Sequence record: NC_070956.1
Length of the DNA stretch: 64,000 nt
Reading direction: 5' to 3' (one strand)
The notes beneath the pieces are model-generated. The model ran no database searches. It worked only from the letters and a program-made list of their open reading frames with translations, and had not been told where the DNA came from. Shown in pieces: positions 20,272-29,839 of this stretch; the first letter of the stretch is position 1; each line of letters opens with the position of its first letter. The translations under genes and the position numbers were made by a program.

Positions 20272-20820
20272 ATGTTTAAAAATCATGTTCATGATCCAGT
20301 TACGAGTAGCCGTGAAGTTCTGGAGACTGAAGTAGATTACGCGAAGCGTAAGTTCAAATTCCATCGAGAACTGTTCTCGAAGTCCCTCAAGGAAGCTTGG
20401 GATGATCGTGTGCTCACCATCAGTCTGATGATGGATCAACGAGTTCGTCACAACTTCCTCAGGGCGAGTAAGCGTCGTCAGAAGAAGATGATCGAACACA
20501 TGTGTGGGTTCATGGTTATGTATCACCCGACCACCGGTGAAATAGCCCCGCGCACCCAGCGACACAACGGACCGTACATCTCTAGGAAAATAGAGTTTGT
20601 CGAGGAATTCTTTCCAACTACCATTTACGATCCTGAGAAGTTCAGAGAGTACTATAGTCCGAAAGAAGGTGACCTAACACTCTGCATGCACTTCAACGAC
20701 CCTAAACGTAAACCGGAAATCATTCCGTACACAATGGATGAAGTGAACCGTATCTTGGGAGACGAACATACGCAAGCCTGTTCCGAGATTCCGTTAGAAC
20801 CCAAAACAGCCAAGGAGTAA
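20272..20820 (+). CDS. Hypothetical protein (paralog of 19652)
   Basis: AAGGAG RBS; SKRR...YHPTTGEI motif. Confidence 0.75.
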   Translation: MFKNHVHDPVTSSREVLETEVDYAKRKFKFHRELFSKSLKEAWDDRVLTISLMMDQRVRHNFLRASKRRQKKMIEHMCGFMVMYHPTTGEIAPRTQRHNGPYISRKIEFVEEFFPTTIYDPEKFREYYSPKEGDLTLCMHFNDPKRKPEIIPYTMDEVNRILGDEHTQACSEIPLEPKTAKE

Positions 20821-20822
20821 TT

Positions 20823-21368
20823 TTGTCACCTGAACATCCCGAAGGCGACTACGCTTATACCGATGGATCATCTTTGGAGAACGCCAATCCAAATGGTGGT
20901 CCTGGTGGTGTTGGTGTGCACGCCAGAATAAACGGGGAAATCAAAGAGTGGGGTATTGGTTATCACAAGACGACCAATAACCGTATGGAGATACGGGCCG
21001 TTATCTTTATCCTCGAGCAATTTGAGGAACCTACAAAGATCACTGTGTTCACAGACTCCCAGTATACCATCGATGCAATCACGAAATGGATTCATGGATG
21101 GAAACGGAACAACTGGATCACTGGCGCAGGTCTCCCTGTTAAGAACAAAGATCTCTTTGAGAAACTCGATGCACTCATGAAACTCCATGATGTGACGTTG
21201 TCCAAGGTAAGGGGTCACTCCGGTATTCCCGGTAATGAGGCAGCGGATAAACTCGCTGGTGATGCGGCCCGGGCACCTACTATGGATGACGAGGGTTTCA
21301 TCCCTCCTAGCCAACAACCCAAACCACCTCCCGGTTACACACCCTGGTGGAAACAACGCAAAAAGTAA
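20823..21368 (+). CDS. rnhA: Ribonuclease HI
   Basis: AYTDGS, TTNNRMEIRAV, FTDSQY, WKRNNW, VKNKDL, KVRGHSG..GNEAADKLA; TTG start after AAGGAG. Confidence 0.95.
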   Translation: MSPEHPEGDYAYTDGSSLENANPNGGPGGVGVHARINGEIKEWGIGYHKTTNNRMEIRAVIFILEQFEEPTKITVFTDSQYTIDAITKWIHGWKRNNWITGAGLPVKNKDLFEKLDALMKLHDVTLSKVRGHSGIPGNEAADKLAGDAARAPTMDDEGFIPPSQQPKPPPGYTPWWKQRKK

Positions 21369-21377
21369 TTGGGAACT

Positions 21378-21410
21378 GGCTGACTGGACCGTTTGGTTCA
21401 GTCAGTCTTT
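21378..21410 (+). terminator. Rho-independent terminator
   Basis: GGCTGACTGGACC-GTTT-GGTTCAGTCAGTC then TTT. Confidence 0.7.
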
Positions 21411-21459
21411 CCTTATATCTATTATTTTTTGTACGACTAACCTAACTAGAGGTAAATCT

Positions 21460-23025
21460 ATGTCAGTTTTGTTCTCTGCCTTCCCGGGTACGGGGAAGAG
21501 CACGCTGTGCAAAGCAGCGGAAAATCATGGTCTCATTCGGTGTCATGTCACCAAGGATGAAACCGGTTCTATCATTATCGACATTCCCAGTGTGGAATCC
21601 CCGGATACCAGCGTCTACCTTTACGATAGCGACAGTTCCAACTTCCCCAAAGAGGGGTTCCCTGGTAACTACATCGAACACATCAAAGAAACCCTGGGTC
21701 GTCACAAGCATGTGATCATGCTGTTGTCATCCCACGAGGAAGTGCGCTCAGCGCTCCGTGACAACGATCTGAACTACCAACTGGTATATCCGGGTCTGGA
21801 TCTCAAGGAAGAGTACCTGGAGCGTTACAGAGAGCGTGGATCACCTGAAGGGTTTATCAACCTGATGGAATCTCGTTGGGAAGAGTTTGTGGAGTCCTGC
21901 TGCGATAAGGATCCTTCCCCTGAACTGTGTAAACACCAGCTCTCTGCTGGACAAGGTCTCATCGATGTGGCCCAGTCGTTCATCGACACTGAACTCGCGA
22001 GTGTCGAGAAACCGACCCCCGCTACACCGACCACCCTCCCGTCCAAACTGGAATTGAAGGAACTCTTCGCTGCCGCTACCGCAGACTTGATCGCCATCAC
22101 CGAAAACAAAGATAAGTTGGTGCAAGAACAAGTCGATGGTCAAGAAGCCGCTGGTGATACTTTTGATGTTATCGCAGCGTATGCCCGCGATCAGTACGGT
22201 GTGGAGATCACTCCGGACATCGCCGGTGTGGAATCCTTTATGGATCAGTTGAAGACTGTACTGAAGAAAGCCGGTGAATTCCTGAAAGGTCAACCTGATA
22301 AGCGCGATCTCGTTCAGATCAAGAAGTACATCAGTGAAGCCCAGAAAGCTATCAAGGTCTATAGCAGCTCTAGCTGGCTGGATAAGCAGGTGTTCAAGAC
22401 AGAAATGATCTCTGTTCCTTCCATGCCCGGTGCACTCAAAGTCATCACCAAACTGGAAGATGTCGATCAGATCGTTTCCCCGGTGATGTCACAGATCGAA
22501 AAGGATTTCAACGTACAGAAGAAGTTCAGTGTCCAACAGCTCCCTGCTGGCCTGAAAGTCTTCCGCAAGTACGAAAATAAATCCCTCACCGAAGCCACAC
22601 AAGCCGAAGCCGTGAAAGACATCGAAGAGATGTTTAAAGAACGTCCGGCGAGTCCCGACCTGGTTAAACTGGTGGCACCTTTGATGGGTGACCGAGTGGA
22701 AGGGCGCACACACCTTCATCCTCTCGACAAAGCTGGTGTCAAGAAAGCAGTAGGATTCATTGAAACTTACTCTGGTTTCTGCTACCGGCTGGATGTGGAA
22801 CAACTGGAAGTTGCCGAGTCTGGTCTGTCGTTTGACGACTTGTGGGATTCGGTATTCTGGTCTGATATCCACGATGAAGAAATGCCCGCTGTGCGCAAGC
22901 TGTTGAAAACCATCGAATGGGAAAATATCACTGACTCCATGAACGCGATCAACGGTTCTTACGAGAAAGCAATACTTCCGATTCTCCAATTCCTCGAGAA
23001 TTGGATTCTCTACTCTGTGGAGTAA
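21460..23025 (+). CDS. P-loop NTPase/kinase-like domain fused to a phiKZ-type internal head protein-like domain
   Basis: Start refined to MSVLFSAFPGTGKST (GAGG RBS); DSDSS...FPGNYIEHIKE...VYP..L.EEYLERY.ERG kinase-like core; then DGQEA and AGVESFMDQLKTVLKK. Confidence 0.6.
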   Translation: MSVLFSAFPGTGKSTLCKAAENHGLIRCHVTKDETGSIIIDIPSVESPDTSVYLYDSDSSNFPKEGFPGNYIEHIKETLGRHKHVIMLLSSHEEVRSALRDNDLNYQLVYPGLDLKEEYLERYRERGSPEGFINLMESRWEEFVESCCDKDPSPELCKHQLSAGQGLIDVAQSFIDTELASVEKPTPATPTTLPSKLELKELFAAATADLIAITENKDKLVQEQVDGQEAAGDTFDVIAAYARDQYGVEITPDIAGVESFMDQLKTVLKKAGEFLKGQPDKRDLVQIKKYISEAQKAIKVYSSSSWLDKQVFKTEMISVPSMPGALKVITKLEDVDQIVSPVMSQIEKDFNVQKKFSVQQLPAGLKVFRKYENKSLTEATQAEAVKDIEEMFKERPASPDLVKLVAPLMGDRVEGRTHLHPLDKAGVKKAVGFIETYSGFCYRLDVEQLEVAESGLSFDDLWDSVFWSDIHDEEMPAVRKLLKTIEWENITDSMNAINGSYEKAILPILQFLENWILYSVE

Positions 23026-23040
23026 AAAGATACGACAAAA

Positions 23041-23079
23041 GGGATGGCTTGGGTAGACCCCAAGTCATCTCTTATTTTT
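23041..23079 (+). terminator. Rho-independent terminator
   Basis: GGGATGGCTTGGG-TAGA-CCCCAAGTCATCTC then TTATTTTT. Confidence 0.7.
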
Positions 23080-23089
23080 GGGTTGTCAT

Positions 23090-23473
23090 ATGAAAACTGA
23101 AAACAAAGATGAACTGCTGATAAAACAGTTCATGGCTCGGAAGGCATTTAGCCCAACCGACATCATCGCCGATATACTCGGTCCTGCAAGCGTTTACTAT
23201 CGGAAAATCACAAAACGGTTCGCTGAAGAAGTGGAGGTACTCAAGAAGGAACTGAAGCATGGTATCGTTCATGCCGAATTCCCCAAAGAGTTCTGTCCTG
23301 TCACGGGTGCTCATGTGGAATACGTCTACATCGATCCCAGCGACGATCATGTTTATTTCTCACTGGCTAGCAATCGCCCCGCCTTCGAGAATAAACTTCA
23401 GCACTTGCGTTTTTCTTACACCTACCTCCCTACACTCGCTAAGATTGAATTGGGTGTAAAACTCGCAGTGTGA
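23090..23473 (+). CDS. Hypothetical protein
   Basis: ORF; start refined to MKTENK. Confidence 0.6.
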   Translation: MKTENKDELLIKQFMARKAFSPTDIIADILGPASVYYRKITKRFAEEVEVLKKELKHGIVHAEFPKEFCPVTGAHVEYVYIDPSDDHVYFSLASNRPAFENKLQHLRFSYTYLPTLAKIELGVKLAV

Positions 23474-23497
23474 TTTTAGACACGCTATAAATGTTTG

Positions 23498-23518
23498 GAT
23501 AGATATTATCATAGTGTC
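23498..23518 (+). promoter_or_regulatory. Putative phage early promoter (copy 2)
   Basis: GATAGATATTATCATAGTGTC. Confidence 0.65.
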
Positions 23519-23544
23519 CAGACCAGATAAGTATGGGAGGATGT

Positions 23545-23712
23545 ATGATAAAATTTAGGATCTTTTGCGGTACATTATGGGAGTTAATCGTGAAAGAAAC
23601 TAAGAACCATAAGCGTGGCGTTACAGCAGCAATCATCATCCTTCTTACCTGGGTTGGTGCTTACGCGACTGTGAAGTACCTGTTTAAAGCAGGTGAGCTT
23701 ATGTTACCATAA
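23545..23712 (+). CDS. Small single-TM protein (absent from ORF track)
   Basis: MIKFRIFCGTLWELIVKETKNHKRGVTAAIIILLTWVGAYATVKYLFKAGELMLP; GGGAGG RBS; alternative GTG start at 23590. Confidence 0.5.
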   Translation: MIKFRIFCGTLWELIVKETKNHKRGVTAAIIILLTWVGAYATVKYLFKAGELMLP

Positions 23713-23767
23713 CCATCAGTAGTCTCACCGTTTGGTGAGACTACTACCTTTATGTTTGGAGTTTCTT

Positions 23768-24916
23768 ATGTCCGGCAAGAAAGATAAGGTTGTTAAAGTA
23801 GAAGAACAAACTCTCCTCGAACCCGCACCCGTGGATATCAAACCCAATAACGATGTGTTCGACACTATGGCGTTGGAAATGACCCCTCACGCCAAATCCA
23901 ACGGTATTCCTGAACTGTTGATCGGGAAGACCAAATTGGAAATGATCCCATGTGAAGATCCGCCCGCGCGCCGTTACTATATGGGTGGACATGGTACTCC
24001 ATACCACCGGGGTAAGAACGCACCATACGTATGTCAACCCACCGGCATCCTGGAAGCACCGAAATGGTACCAAGCGCATTACCGTGGGTTGGAGATCTAT
24101 GCCGCTGGTGACACTACTATCGAACTGGGTGAGTATGTAACAGGTCGTTCCGATCGTAAATCGGTGCTCGTTGTTGTGGACTCCACCGTCAAGATACAGC
24201 ACGGTGAAGTATCAGCCACTTTGGTGATCGGGGAATCGATCCTGGAAACTGATCGTATTCACGTGTGGGGTTCCGACACCAACATTTCCAAATCCACCCT
24301 TATCTGTCTGGGTGGAAACATCACTCTGGAAGATAGCGATGTCAGAGACGTCCGCGTCAATTCTAGTTGTGATATCCGACTCGATCGTTCGAGTGTCGAG
24401 AACATCACCCTGGCTCCGATTCTCAGCCTGGCGTTGGAGAGTTGCTCCATCGCTTCCCATGATGCAACCTACGCATATGTCGACACCAACGCCAACACGA
24501 CACTGCACATCAGCCGGTGCAGGGATGTAAAGCTCCCGGTGGTGGAACTCCAAGATAGGAAAATCGAGATCTATCACCGCGCCCACTTTGGGATGCTTCA
24601 GGGTGTGGGTGGTGCTGGGTTCGCCAGATCTACTGATAACGGCATGATTGTTAGTGGTCAAGAATATGATATCAACACTATCTCTACCTTCTTGAAGATG
24701 ATGGAGGAAGGTGATGGTTATCAAGAACTGGTTAGTTACAGCGACAAGTTCGAGCCACTTTACAATGCGTTCTTTGGCGATCGTTCTTACGTACGCCCCG
24801 AAAAGAATGCTGAGTTCGGGGCTTACGAAGAAATGTTCATCAACTATCTGGGTGTCATTCTGGCCAGGTTGGAGTTGTTCAAGATCATCGAGAGCGTAAA
24901 ACGAGGTGAGAAATGA
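23768..24916 (+). CDS. Hypothetical protein with beta-helix-like core (paralog of 24913)
   Basis: GGAG RBS before MSGKKD; I/V-x-x-S-x-I/V repeats; HRAHFG motif. Confidence 0.75.
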   Translation: MSGKKDKVVKVEEQTLLEPAPVDIKPNNDVFDTMALEMTPHAKSNGIPELLIGKTKLEMIPCEDPPARRYYMGGHGTPYHRGKNAPYVCQPTGILEAPKWYQAHYRGLEIYAAGDTTIELGEYVTGRSDRKSVLVVVDSTVKIQHGEVSATLVIGESILETDRIHVWGSDTNISKSTLICLGGNITLEDSDVRDVRVNSSCDIRLDRSSVENITLAPILSLALESCSIASHDATYAYVDTNANTTLHISRCRDVKLPVVELQDRKIEIYHRAHFGMLQGVGGAGFARSTDNGMIVSGQEYDINTISTFLKMMEEGDGYQELVSYSDKFEPLYNAFFGDRSYVRPEKNAEFGAYEEMFINYLGVILARLELFKIIESVKRGEK

Positions 24917-26022
24917 AAGGTGTGAAGATGAAAGAACCTTCTGAAAAGATTTCCCCGGAGCTGATGGAGGTAGGGTTGGAACTCGCTAAAGAGTCCGGCC
25001 TGTTCAACCACGACCCCGTGATCAGGATCAATGGTGTCCAGTTAGTCGGTGAACTGGTGGAAAATCCGGGAAGGATTCGAGCTCCAGGAATTCGACGTAA
25101 GGACAGTAGGGAGAACACCTGGGTTGATGAAAATCATCCGGTGATGTTCAAACGAATGGCAGACGTCAAGTGGTACAAGTTCTATGTGGAAAAGGACAAA
25201 GTACTTTATGCCACCGAGGGGACCAATATCCAACTGTCCCACAATTTCATCTTCCGTAATTGTGGTGACACGCCGATTGGTGAACGCGCGATCTTTATGA
25301 TCGGTTGTGATATAACCTCCGACTATCTCCACATCGACGCCGGGTCGCTCCTGGATCGTGTCCGGTACAAGGGTGCGTCGCTGACAGTGAAATCCAGTCA
25401 GTTGTCGAATGTTTCCATATCCATCGCTCGGGTCAAGATAGAGAAATCCATCTTTAAGGATATCAACGCTGACTGTTACGACAAGTTGAATGTGGACAAC
25501 ACCCACATCTCTGGTTGTTACATAGATGGCTGGAAAGAGGTAGCAATCTCTGACAGTACCATCGTGCGGTATGGACAGTGGTACAGCATCCGTGCCGATA
25601 ACTTTGAAGGTCCGGTTGGTGATTCCACACTCACCTTGAAGAACTTCAAGGCGGTAAGTGATGGACGGCTTTGGGTCAACGAAGCCGCTAACGTCGAGTC
25701 TCTCCATCGCGCCCACTTTGGGACATTTAATGGACTGACAGACATTGAGTTCATTCGACTGAAGAATAACCATATCCTGCTCGGGAGTTCCTATTCTTTC
25801 TCTCTTGAGAAATTGGAGGCTGTCAGGGAAAAGGTTGTTCAGGGTTGCAGCGAAGATAAGGACGTGTCTACACTGTTCAAGTTGTACACTGGCTCTATCT
25901 TCAAGCCGGGTAATGAGAACTATGCAATCGTTAAGAAACGTTTCATTAACTTCATCACCTCGATCATCGAGAAAGTAAAACTGTTCCAACTGATCGACAT
26001 CCTCAACTCATCCCGTAATTAA
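24913..26022 (+). CDS. Hypothetical protein with beta-helix-like core (paralog of 23768)
   Basis: ATGA-coupled; same repeats and HRAHFG motif. Confidence 0.75.
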   Translation: MKGVKMKEPSEKISPELMEVGLELAKESGLFNHDPVIRINGVQLVGELVENPGRIRAPGIRRKDSRENTWVDENHPVMFKRMADVKWYKFYVEKDKVLYATEGTNIQLSHNFIFRNCGDTPIGERAIFMIGCDITSDYLHIDAGSLLDRVRYKGASLTVKSSQLSNVSISIARVKIEKSIFKDINADCYDKLNVDNTHISGCYIDGWKEVAISDSTIVRYGQWYSIRADNFEGPVGDSTLTLKNFKAVSDGRLWVNEAANVESLHRAHFGTFNGLTDIEFIRLKNNHILLGSSYSFSLEKLEAVREKVVQGCSEDKDVSTLFKLYTGSIFKPGNENYAIVKKRFINFITSIIEKVKLFQLIDILNSSRN

Positions 26023-26030
26023 CGATCATT

Positions 26031-26079
26031 CCCTATCTCTCCAATAAGGAGAGGTAGGGCTTGTTCTTTCTTTTATTTT
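26031..26079 (+). terminator. Rho-independent terminator
   Basis: CCCTATCTCTCC-AATAA-GGAGAGGTAGGG then T-rich run. Confidence 0.75.
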
Positions 26080-26092
26080 GTCCCCATAAAGT

Positions 26093-26117
26093 TTCAGATA
26101 GATATTATCAGAGTGTA
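26093..26117 (+). promoter_or_regulatory. Putative phage early promoter (copy 3)
   Basis: TTCAGATAGATATTATCAGAGTGTA directly after a terminator. Confidence 0.7.
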
Positions 26118-26148
26118 TGTCCTAGCTGTATTTATTAAAGAGGTAACA

Positions 26149-26856
26149 ATGACAAACAAAAACACTTCCCGCAAGAACAAAAAGTACAACCCCAATAAAG
26201 CAAGAGGTCAAGGAGTCATCACCAAACTCTTTGAGAGCTCGTCCCACGTGTACAAGGTGAAGAACATCACCAAGTATCTCAATCAAGCTCTGGGAGCGTT
26301 CTACGTCGTTGGAGACCTGTATCACGACCCGATGACATTTGGTATGGATGTCCTCACCAAGAATCTCTCTGGTGACATGTTGAAAACCGCACAGGGTCAA
26401 ATGTTGGAGTTCTTATTTAAAGAGCACCGGACTTGGCATATTGAGGTATTCCATTTCTTTGACTTCGATGGCATCGTGGAATGTGTTCCTGTTAAAGGCG
26501 CGTTCCCCGAGATGACATTGGGGGTGATAGCCGACCTTACTACAGCCTTCATAGAAGAGTCCAGAACTGTTCTCTTTGAACTTCCAGAGTATGAAGGGAT
26601 GGAGGGTCATTACAAACATTTCGGTTACTATCTCAACTATGGGGATGACATTGACTTTGATCACATGGATCCCCTGATCACCGAAGCTTTCTTTAAAGTT
26701 TCCCGTGATCTCACTGTTAACAAAGCACCTGCGTCAATCAGTGGTAAACACTTGATCGATTGCATGACCAAAACTCCCGATCAAATTGCCGGTAGTGAGG
26801 GTGTTGAACTCACTACAGACATGATCGACATTGAAACTCTGAAGGGAGTTAAGTAA
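26149..26856 (+). CDS. Hypothetical protein
   Basis: GAGG RBS before MTNKNT; basic N-terminus. Confidence 0.75.
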   Translation: MTNKNTSRKNKKYNPNKARGQGVITKLFESSSHVYKVKNITKYLNQALGAFYVVGDLYHDPMTFGMDVLTKNLSGDMLKTAQGQMLEFLFKEHRTWHIEVFHFFDFDGIVECVPVKGAFPEMTLGVIADLTTAFIEESRTVLFELPEYEGMEGHYKHFGYYLNYGDDIDFDHMDPLITEAFFKVSRDLTVNKAPASISGKHLIDCMTKTPDQIAGSEGVELTTDMIDIETLKGVK

Positions 26857-27470
26857 TGTCTGTTCTCATTGAAACAGTAAGATCCGCTTACGACCCGGAG
26901 GAGATTGCTCGTGTCCGTAAACTCTGGGAAGATAAGTTGAAACCCCAACCTGAAGAAGAACCCACACCCACTGTAAAGGAGAAACCTGTGAAAGCTACCA
27001 ACCTGCCGTTTGAAGACTGCAACACCCTGGAGAAATCTTTCCGTGAACTGGTCAAAGACAAACCGGCCGGAATGAACCCGTCTCAGTACGTCAAGGTACT
27101 GAAAGATATCACCGCTCAAAGCTTCAACGGAAAGAACATGTTCCGGTCCTGCATCTTCACCCAGCAAGAACGTGTGAAGTATCTGGTAGAAGAAGTGCGT
27201 TGTCATTACGACAGCATTTCCTGGCACAAGCGATTCGGAGGTCGCGGGATGTATATTCCGCGTCTGTCAGGGATTGCCATTCCGGTGAACCTCAGCTACA
27301 ACGATCTCTTCCACAAGGCCCGCTTGGTCATCGCAACTCGTCGACAACTCGAGTACGTCCAGATCTCTCTTCAGTTCCTCATGACTGATGACAGCATCTG
27401 GGTTGATGTTCCCTGCCGGACCAACAACGTCAAAGAAGTTATCGAGCAACTGCTCATTCAAGAAGCATAA
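26856..27470 (+). CDS. Hypothetical protein
   Basis: TAATG-coupled 204-aa ORF. Confidence 0.75.
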   Translation: MSVLIETVRSAYDPEEIARVRKLWEDKLKPQPEEEPTPTVKEKPVKATNLPFEDCNTLEKSFRELVKDKPAGMNPSQYVKVLKDITAQSFNGKNMFRSCIFTQQERVKYLVEEVRCHYDSISWHKRFGGRGMYIPRLSGIAIPVNLSYNDLFHKARLVIATRRQLEYVQISLQFLMTDDSIWVDVPCRTNNVKEVIEQLLIQEA

Positions 27471-27479
27471 GGACAAGGT

Positions 27480-27956
27480 ATGAAAAACTATCGTCTGAAA
27501 ATTAAGGACCTGTTCAAGGGTCGTGTCGTGTACCTGGCAGAACCTGGTTGTACTCCTGTCAAGGTAAAGGTGGTTGGACACATCAACTCCTACGTTTCTT
27601 TCCTGACCATCGCTATCGACACTTCCGGTCGTCCTGAAGCGGAGATCCTGAAACAGCATAATGGACGGTACAGTGTCGCAGACCCGGCCATGGTAATGAA
27701 AATTGCCGCATCCCGAGGCAAAGAAAGTCCACTCGGGAACGGTTCTATCGGGTTGGTAGAACGTCACATCTCACCCATCAAGTATGTTCAGCTTCTGGAT
27801 GAAAACAACACCCAGCACGATATCCAGGATTTTTATTTTGATCCGTCGGAATCCAAGCTCAAAGTGTTCTCTAACCTGAAGCAAGCCGAGCGTTATGCTG
27901 ACTTCCCGGAAACGTTTGGCGAAGGTCTGGAATCCATCTTTACTGTAGAGGATTAA
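27480..27956 (+). CDS. Hypothetical protein (paralog of 27959)
   Basis: KDLFKGRVVYL ... KVFSNLKQAERY. Confidence 0.7.
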   Translation: MKNYRLKIKDLFKGRVVYLAEPGCTPVKVKVVGHINSYVSFLTIAIDTSGRPEAEILKQHNGRYSVADPAMVMKIAASRGKESPLGNGSIGLVERHISPIKYVQLLDENNTQHDIQDFYFDPSESKLKVFSNLKQAERYADFPETFGEGLESIFTVED

Positions 27957-27958
27957 TT

Positions 27959-28279
27959 ATGTCTCTTAGCTATAAGGAGTTATTCACCGGCAGGATAGTT
28001 TATCTGGTGATCGCGGGGATGGTAGTGAAAACAATCGTGAAAACTAAGGGTCATGACAGACATATCGAGAAAACCCTTAAAACCACCCGAGGTTCCATCC
28101 AGGCTTGTTCACGTCAGCGCGTCCTACTCATCCTAGAGAACAGCGGAATTATTTTGCTGGATTCGAAAGCCATGACATCCGGCGAAATCCGCGCGTTCTC
28201 GAAAGAAAAACAAGCCATGCGCTGGTGTTCTATTCAGCGCCATTACCAGTTCTTTACTGACATTCATCCGAACATTTAA
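27959..28279 (+). CDS. Hypothetical protein (paralog of 27480)
   Basis: KELFTGRIVYL ... RAFSKEKQAMRW. Confidence 0.7.
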   Translation: MSLSYKELFTGRIVYLVIAGMVVKTIVKTKGHDRHIEKTLKTTRGSIQACSRQRVLLILENSGIILLDSKAMTSGEIRAFSKEKQAMRWCSIQRHYQFFTDIHPNI

Positions 28280-28304
28280 CCAAACACTGAAAGGAAATAA
28301 TAAC

Positions 28305-28670
28305 ATGCGCGAAGATCTCCTGAACAAACTGTGTTCCCTGATGACCGATACCAAGTCTGAACATCGTAATGGTCACGAATCCGGTGAGTGCCGGGTTGCC
28401 GGTTCTACCTTTGAACTGGGTACCTTTGAAATCCTGGTCACCTTCGATGGCGATGAAGTACATACCAGCGGTCACTGTGGTCTCCAGTACCTCACCATCA
28501 GTAAGACTGACCGTGAACTCACCATCAAGGTTGTTCGTCGGAAAGGTGCGTTCATTAAGAACGACGTCAAGCTGATGGCTCACGATACCGGTGGTTTGAT
28601 CGAGTGGTACAACACCTGGTTCGCCGAGGTCATGGCCGAGAACAAACGCCCCACCCCCATGAACTATTAA
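28305..28670 (+). CDS. Hypothetical protein
   Basis: AAGGA RBS, 121 aa. Confidence 0.7.
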   Translation: MREDLLNKLCSLMTDTKSEHRNGHESGECRVAGSTFELGTFEILVTFDGDEVHTSGHCGLQYLTISKTDRELTIKVVRRKGAFIKNDVKLMAHDTGGLIEWYNTWFAEVMAENKRPTPMNY

Positions 28671-28676
28671 GGAGGC

Positions 28677-29000
28677 GTGATGTCTAAACGGTTAGATTCG
28701 TTATGGGTAAGTGCCGAACGAGAGGTGGAGATCTTCACCTCTCAGAAACAAGGCACCCTTCTCGATCGGTTCAAATCCTTGGTAGCGTACAAGAACGGTG
28801 ATCGTTCAATCAACGTTACTTCAGAGATGTTGCAAGTTCGGTCATATTTGGCTCCAGTGGTCAAGGGAGTACCGATTTATAAAGTCTGGGAGAATATGTA
28901 TTCAGTCTCCCATCGGTTGTTGAAAGGTCGGAGTGTAGATTACTATCTCTGTCAATTCATCAAATCCATGCGTGAACTCAACAAGAGTATAAAACAATGA
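28677..29000 (+). CDS. Hypothetical protein
   Basis: AAGGAGG RBS, 107 aa. Confidence 0.7.
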   Translation: MMSKRLDSLWVSAEREVEIFTSQKQGTLLDRFKSLVAYKNGDRSINVTSEMLQVRSYLAPVVKGVPIYKVWENMYSVSHRLLKGRSVDYYLCQFIKSMRELNKSIKQ

Positions 29001-29383
29001 AGACTTCTATCATCCTGAAAGAACTCATGAACATCGTCTTCCAAGGTGGTATTCGTGAGAACAACAAAGATGCGTTCGGGCCCGAACTCTATCAGGTCCT
29101 GACCTATCTGGGTAAAGTCTCCCCAGTGTTCATGGAAGAAGAAAGCGGAATCGCAGCTCACATCAGGCGTGATAACCACTCTCTGGTAATCGCCTACGAT
29201 CTGGACCTCACTGTCTGGACCTGTATCTATACAGAGCTGGACGATGAAGAACGAGTTGTGCGTGAACTCTCTTCTGCCGTAGAACTCCGGGGTATTGAAC
29301 ATGAAGCTTGGTTTGCTGAAGAAAACTTCCAGTATATCCAGACTGCGTTCTCTCCGATCGTCGGGTGCTTCGTTCCGGCTTGA
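28997..29383 (+). CDS. Hypothetical protein
   Basis: ATGA-coupled, 128 aa. Confidence 0.7.
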   Translation: MKTSIILKELMNIVFQGGIRENNKDAFGPELYQVLTYLGKVSPVFMEEESGIAAHIRRDNHSLVIAYDLDLTVWTCIYTELDDEERVVRELSSAVELRGIEHEAWFAEENFQYIQTAFSPIVGCFVPA

Positions 29384-29415
29384 ATCCTTTGCTAATAACA
29401 GAAGAGGATATCTCC

Positions 29416-29769
29416 GTGTCTGAAAGTAAAGATGAATCGGTACCAACCGGACCCGTTCCCGGTGTATTGTCACCGATCACCTGGCTCATGTACTACGCTA
29501 AAAGTGACGTAGCCAGTTTCGAGGGTGAGTTTGACGGCGTGATGTACAAGTTGTCTCTTTCCCGTTCCACCATCACCCGTGAAGTAACTGGTTACATTGG
29601 TCGGGGTCGGATCAACGCTACCGACATCACCATCCGTGGGACCCAGTATACTTGGTTGACCAGTGATCTGGATACAGACACCAACAAGTATCCTGACGAA
29701 CTGGGTGAAGGTAAAATCAACAAGCTCGGCCTCGAAGTCCATGAGTTTGTGAAGTCTCTGAACGATTAA
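29416..29769 (+). CDS. Hypothetical protein
   Basis: GTG start after GAGGA (MSESKDES). Confidence 0.6.
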   Translation: MSESKDESVPTGPVPGVLSPITWLMYYAKSDVASFEGEFDGVMYKLSLSRSTITREVTGYIGRGRINATDITIRGTQYTWLTSDLDTDTNKYPDELGEGKINKLGLEVHEFVKSLND

Positions 29770-29785
29770 TCATTAAACATAATAA

Positions 29786-29825
29786 ACCCTACACCGGCGT
29801 TATGCTGGTGTAGGGTATTTACTAT
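29786..29825 (+). terminator. Rho-independent terminator
   Basis: ACCCTACACCGGCG-TTA-TGCTGGTGTAGGGT then ATTTACTATTT. Confidence 0.75.
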
Positions 29826-29839
29826 TTAAGGGAAATAAC

